Assembly (NCBI RefSeq): GCF_021869535.1
Contig: NW_026262581.1
Span: forward strand, 82,894,001-82,958,000
DNA length: 64,000 nt
From: Mytilus californianus
Lineage: Eukaryota
Direction of reading: 5' to 3'
The position numbers were made by a program, and so were the translations under genes. The notes beneath the pieces were generated by a model. That model was given only the letters and a program-made list of their open reading frames with translations, was not told the DNA's origin and did not search any database. This document shows positions 58,931-64,000 of this stretch, piece after piece (the first letter of the stretch is position 1; each line of letters opens with the position of its first letter).

Positions 58931-60828
58931 TTTTTTTAATGAATAGTATCTTTTATTTTAAATTACCCGGAATACATAAACCCTAAGCAGTTCAGTGCAG
59001 CGGGCAGAGGGATAACTGCTTTTCTTTTACATATCCCATTTGCCACGGAAAATACAAATGGTGAATAAAAAATTCCAACTAAAATCGTCCCGAACCGCAT
59101 ATTGCGATATGTCTTGAATTTCAGTGATTAGAAACCCGTGGATTTTTTTTATTTATACAATGACTTTGTGTCAGAAAATTTGGACTGTGAATGATATCCA
59201 AAGCGCAATAATCGTGAACAAATTCGTACAAAAACATGACTGGAATAAAGAATTGACCCAAGCACGACCTAGTGCGATTTATGACCGTATATTGAGTACA
59301 AAAAGTCGGCCAACGTACAAAACGTGTTTTAGCTAATCCTTAGATTTACCCCCAAGGCTGTCGTTTTTTTGTTGTTGGCAATTAGCAAACACCCTCTGTC
59401 CCCAGCCCCTCAATAGAGTCATTTCACAACTCCTTTTTGTAAAGTTCATGTTTTACATTGTAACTATTTTTGCACTTTGCAAACGAATCTTAAAAATATC
59501 AACCCTAGTATTTTCAACACCGTTTGAGTTTTCATTTCACTCTGTAATCGTAATACTTGTGTTGCATACCAATGCATATGCTTCATTGTATGAACATTAC
59601 AAACCAGAGCTTAGAAAGCAAGATTATTTTGATGTAGGTAGTCTAAAAGAGCATTTCTCCACGTTTTTGCTATTTACTAAAAATAGGATTCTAAAGCGGC
59701 AATAGCAGTGGTTGCCAATCAGAAATTTGTATTTAAGAATTTGAAAAATTTTGTAGATTTTCTAATATATACATGATATAAGACTATTTTTTACCCTTGC
59801 ATTTGAAAAACACGTCACAAAAGGGTTTCAGCGGAAATAGAAATTGAAAAATAAAATCCTCCCACCCGCCCCTTTTTTTCAAAAATGTGGATAAAAGTCT
59901 ACTAATTCATTTTAGCTGGCCTTTAAGAAGAGAACTTATTTCATTAATTTGAAAACCTATTCTGATTGGCAGATACTTATTTTCAATCTAGTATGTAAAA
60001 TTTCGTCAACTGATCGTAATTTTGAATTAAGAATTCTACATGTTTCGAATTTGAATTTAAATTTTCGAATATATAAATTCGGATATTTAATGCTATTGAT
60101 GCATTGAACCCACTTCCATAATTCACCTGAATATTGAATATTAGATATATATTCTGTCAAACAAACGCATTTCTGACATATAAAACTTGATCTGTGCTCA
60201 ACTAAATTTCAAAATGAGGAGATGTACGTGTTATGATTGGCAATGAGAAAACTATCCAACAGTGACCAAAAAACGAGAATCTAAGAAACTATTGGTTGCC
60301 GTACATGCTTCAATATGGAGCAAAAGCTGTAAAAGGCAACGGCATTACAAAATGTAAAACAAATAACAAAAAACTACAAATAACAACAACCACTGTACTA
60401 CAGGCTCCTGACTTCGAAAAGGCACACAGAGAATGTCGTGGGATTTAAAATGCTTGAGAGCGTTCAACACTCCCATAACCTTGACAGTGATGATACAGCA
60501 CAAAACAAGACCAAACTCTTAAAATCACTTCGAACTCTGGTTTGTCGGCCTCTTTTTGGAAAGGGCTTGCTACAAAGCACAAAAATAACTAACAAAAAGA
60601 CATACAGTACCTTTCTGAGAATAATGGTGAAACGAAACCTGTTTTCCTTTAGATATATGGTTGGCTTTGTATTACCACGTTTCAATGGCACAAATATTTT
60701 CTACTTCCATCTATATATTACGTGTAACAATGTTGCTCCTTGAATTAAGCTTTCATTCTAAGCTGCTTCTTTAATCTAACTTTTATATTTCCATTAAAAA
60801 AAAAAACGTTTAAAAAACTCGACATAGC

Positions 60829-61320
60829 TACCAGGCTAATTTTTTGTACGCCAGACGCGCGTTTCGTCAACATCAGACTCATTAGTGGCGCTAACTTAAA
60901 AAAGGAACACCAAATAAAATACGACAGAAAAATTCCGAAAAATTGTGCCCAAATACGGCAAAGGCAATCTATACCTGAGGGTATTTAAAAACCTAAGTGT
61001 ATGAATAGTTCAGAATTTTCTAGAGAATACATTTACAGAAAATGAACTTATCAATGATCAAAGTGCTAATTACTCGGCTAGTGATACCATCGGCGACGAA
61101 ACGTCCAGCAGCAGAAGCATCGACCAAGTGTTTGTAAAAAACTCACCAGAGATACCAGGCTTATAATTTTGTACGCTAGACGCTTGTTTAGTTGACATAA
61201 GACTCATCAGTTGCGGTAGAATTAAACAGTGTGAAGGACAAATTAACTACGCAGTTGTAGAGCTTTAAAAACTAAAAAATCCAAAAATATTGCCCCAATA
61301 CGGCAATGCAGTCTATACCT
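60829..61320 (-). mobile_element. Tandem pseudo-LTR-like repeats (~325-bp period), each with a hammerhead motif
   Basis: ACCAGGCT..GTACGC(C/T)AGACGC.. at 60829 and 61154. HHR-like motifs at 60846-60893 and 61171-61218. Confidence 0.7.
60846..60893 (-). ncRNA. Near-canonical minimal hammerhead ribozyme with G5A core change
   Basis: GCGCCA-CTAATGA-GTCTGATGTTGAC-GAAA-CGCGCG-TC-TGGCGT: stem I, stem II, palindromic stem III and GUC site all present. Confidence 0.7.
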
Positions 61321-62665
61321 GGAGGTTAGTCCAAAGTACGGAGTCTTAATTTTGATGTATATGTTACATGGACTATCAAAAAAGCTTGTGATAGAACATT
61401 CTAACAGCACCTGTATACGGATTAAAATCTCAGAGTTGATACGATATTCAAATATTTGCCTTTTCCGTCTTACTTTCTTTGATAGAAGGGCTTTGCTTTT
61501 AAAATGTTAAAGCTGTTTACAATAAATAGGGTTTGTAAGTCTGCAAGTTGAAGTATTCTGTTCAAAAGTTTTCCGAAAATATATGGTTGATCGTTATAAA
61601 ATGTCTTTGTCACAAGTAACCACGGATATTTCCACTTGTCTTAGTCACGATATCGCCCTCTTTGTCTTAAGACGAACCACACGGCAGATGCCATCAGTCT
61701 AGCAGAAAGTGTCTACCCTTGTAAGAACCTGACGTCCACTCTATTGTTTGTTGAATAGTCCATGTTATCCTTGCTTTAATTAAACTTATTGTATTTTCTG
61801 AAAAATATATTTTCTCTTAACTTTGTGGGCTATCTTTTGTCTTGAAAAAAAGTGCAAGTGCTATTGTATATGCCTAATCAACAGATGTTAACAAGGGTAC
61901 CGCGGCGGGCATCACGAGTGGTAATGGAAATATTGTTCCTTGTAGAGTGTATGAAACTGGATTGCTTTGAAGGTTTCTTGTCCTTTCAAGAACACTAGGT
62001 TGTCGATGCGTTATGCTCTCTTTACGAAAAATATGTTATTGTTCCAGTACTAGTAGACACAGCATCTTTATTAAGTTGTCATCAAAGTTCATATCTGTGA
62101 TATTTTAAAATGTTCCGCCTCAAAACGGTCATGTCGATGCAATTGATTGGGTATAGGTTGCAAGTCAGTATCATATTAAATTGTTTAATTATACTACTTA
62201 TCAAATGAACATGATAGCCTAGATAGATAAGCTGTGCAATCATGTAGACATTTGTTAAATGCTGATGCATGTACTTGACTTACTCTTGAGTTAAAACAAT
62301 ATTTTGACATTCAATATATTGGTTTTTGTGTATGAAAGCAATATTAAAACAAATAATTGTGTCCAATTCCGATAAGGACATTTTGAATGAGTATGAATTC
62401 GCATGGCGTGTGTTGCAAGTGTTACAGGAGACGCGTATCACTTACCCTGTCGACGCACCCGGTCTCGCTACTTTTGGAGTTTATGCGATTCCCTAGGTTT
62501 TTGTTTTTTACCTTGATTTGTCTCTTCCTAATCGCTTTACCGAATAATATCGTTATTGAGCTACTGTCGCCTTAAGTTATCGACCCGCATTGTCATAGAT
62601 GTGAGTAGAGCTATGACGCAGAAAGTTTTAACTGTGCCTGCGGTAACCTTGATTTCAAGTTTATT

Positions 62666-63729
62666 AAAAGAGGGACGAAAGATACCAGAGGGACAGTCAA
62701 ACTCATAGATCGAAAACAAACTGACAACGCCATGGCCAAAAATAAAAAGACAAACAGACAAATAATAGTACAGATGACACAACATAGAAAACTAAAGACT
62801 AAGCAACACGAACCCCACCAAAAACTGGGGATGATCTCAGGTGCTCCGGAAGGGTAAGCAGATCCTGCTCCACATGTGGCACCCGTCGTGTTGCTTATGT
62901 TATTACAAATCCGGTAAATAGTCTAACTCGGTAGGTCACATTCATGAGAAGGGAAGGGTTATGTAGTTACGACATAAGGAACATATCCGAAATCATCTGT
63001 GAAACGGTTATTCCATAACGGTCAACCAACTCGTGATGGCGTCCGTAAAATTTACGAAGGGATGATTTCAACTTCACCATTCGGAACTCTTGGTTTAATA
63101 GCTTCCTTGTGAGCAGTAATCCTCTATCAAGGAAATCATGATAGGAAATACAAGCCCGGGAATATCGTATCAATTGGGAGATATATACTCCGTATGCAGG
63201 CGCTGCTGGAATGTTGCTACATAGAAATGGAAAGTTCATAATTGGGAAGCTGAAATCATCTCTTTTGTCGTAAAGTTTTGTATTCCACCGACCCTCATTG
63301 TCAATTTCTAGATGTAAGTCAAGATATGAGGCAGACCTGACTGTATCTGTAGTATCCTTTATCTCTAGTTCGATGGGATAGATTCGTTCAACATAGTCAC
63401 CAAATTTTGTATTATTTAGTGAGAGAACATCATCTATATAGCGGAACGTAAAGTTAAAGGATATTGCTAACTTCTTATCTTTCTTCCTAAGAAGTTCCTG
63501 TATGAAGTCAGCCTCATAATAATAAAGAAACAAGTCGGCAAGAAGAGGGGCACAATTGGTTCCCATTGGAATTCCGACAGTCTGTTGAAAAACACGTCCT
63601 CCAAACGTAACAAATATGTTGTCAATCAAGAAATCAAGCATCTTGATAATGTCAGTTTCAGAGAATTTTTTGTTTGAATCAGAGTGATTCTTTACAAAGT
63701 AGGATTTATCCCTCCCCAAGACAAGATAA
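62666..63729 (-). mobile_element. Penelope-like (Naiad-type) retroelement, 5'-truncated; RT C-terminal ORF 63719-62967 intact
   Basis: GIPMGTNCAPLLADLFL, FRYIDDVLSL, TKLYDKRDDF..SNIPAAPAYGVYISQLIRY. The ORF stops right after the RT thumb with no C-terminal GIY-YIG. Confidence 0.9.
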
Positions 63730-64000
63730 TAATATAGATGTAGTCAATATATCAATAAAACGATGCACCGTTCAATAAAATGACGTTTAAAAAAAACCAA
63801 ATAAGTTCTGAAAAATATCTTGTCGGTAAATGTGATGAATATTTTCAACGCTGCTCCTTGACGTAGACGCAGTCATGGTCATCGCCATTATACAGTACTT
63901 TCTCTTCATGATGTCTCTATTAATAAACTTCTGCCATTTGTACAAAAACCGTTAGGTATTCATCACATTCGCTCGAAGCTTTATTCAGTATGCCATTCAA

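Overview
Eukaryotic, AT-rich, repeat-dense genomic DNA. The repeat families and the metallothionein exon layout point to a bivalve, very probably Mytilus (inferred from recalled repeat families, no database search possible). Host genes: (1) an apparently intact 5-exon gene (21890-33400, +; 246 aa) for a type-II membrane protein with one F-type-lectin (FTP/F5-8C-like) domain, invisible in the ORF track; (2) an intronless 633-aa RING/B-box/B-box/coiled-coil/beta-propeller TRIM gene (36731-38632, +); (3) the first two exons of a secreted FTP-like gene (52978-57245, +); (4) a divergent metallothionein (pseudo)gene (15827-16791, -) with an in-frame TAA. Mobile DNA: a 2.64-kb TIR element with a 6-bp TSD, TAT..ATA ends, 21-bp-phased palindrome arrays and two convergent candidate first exons (IS3EU-like); an intron-containing piggyBac transposase broken by a MITE and a nonsense codon; RTE and CR1/L2-type LINE fragments; several Penelope-like (Naiad-type) RT copies; pseudo-LTR repeats with decayed hammerhead ribozymes; tRNA-derived SINEs; HINE-like elements; MITEs; a FLYWCH/MULE-like remnant; four ~90-125-bp hairpin elements; and minisatellites. 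No CRISPR, rRNA or bona fide tRNA genes were seen. All calls are from manual reading. Repeat boundaries are approximate unless a TSD is given.
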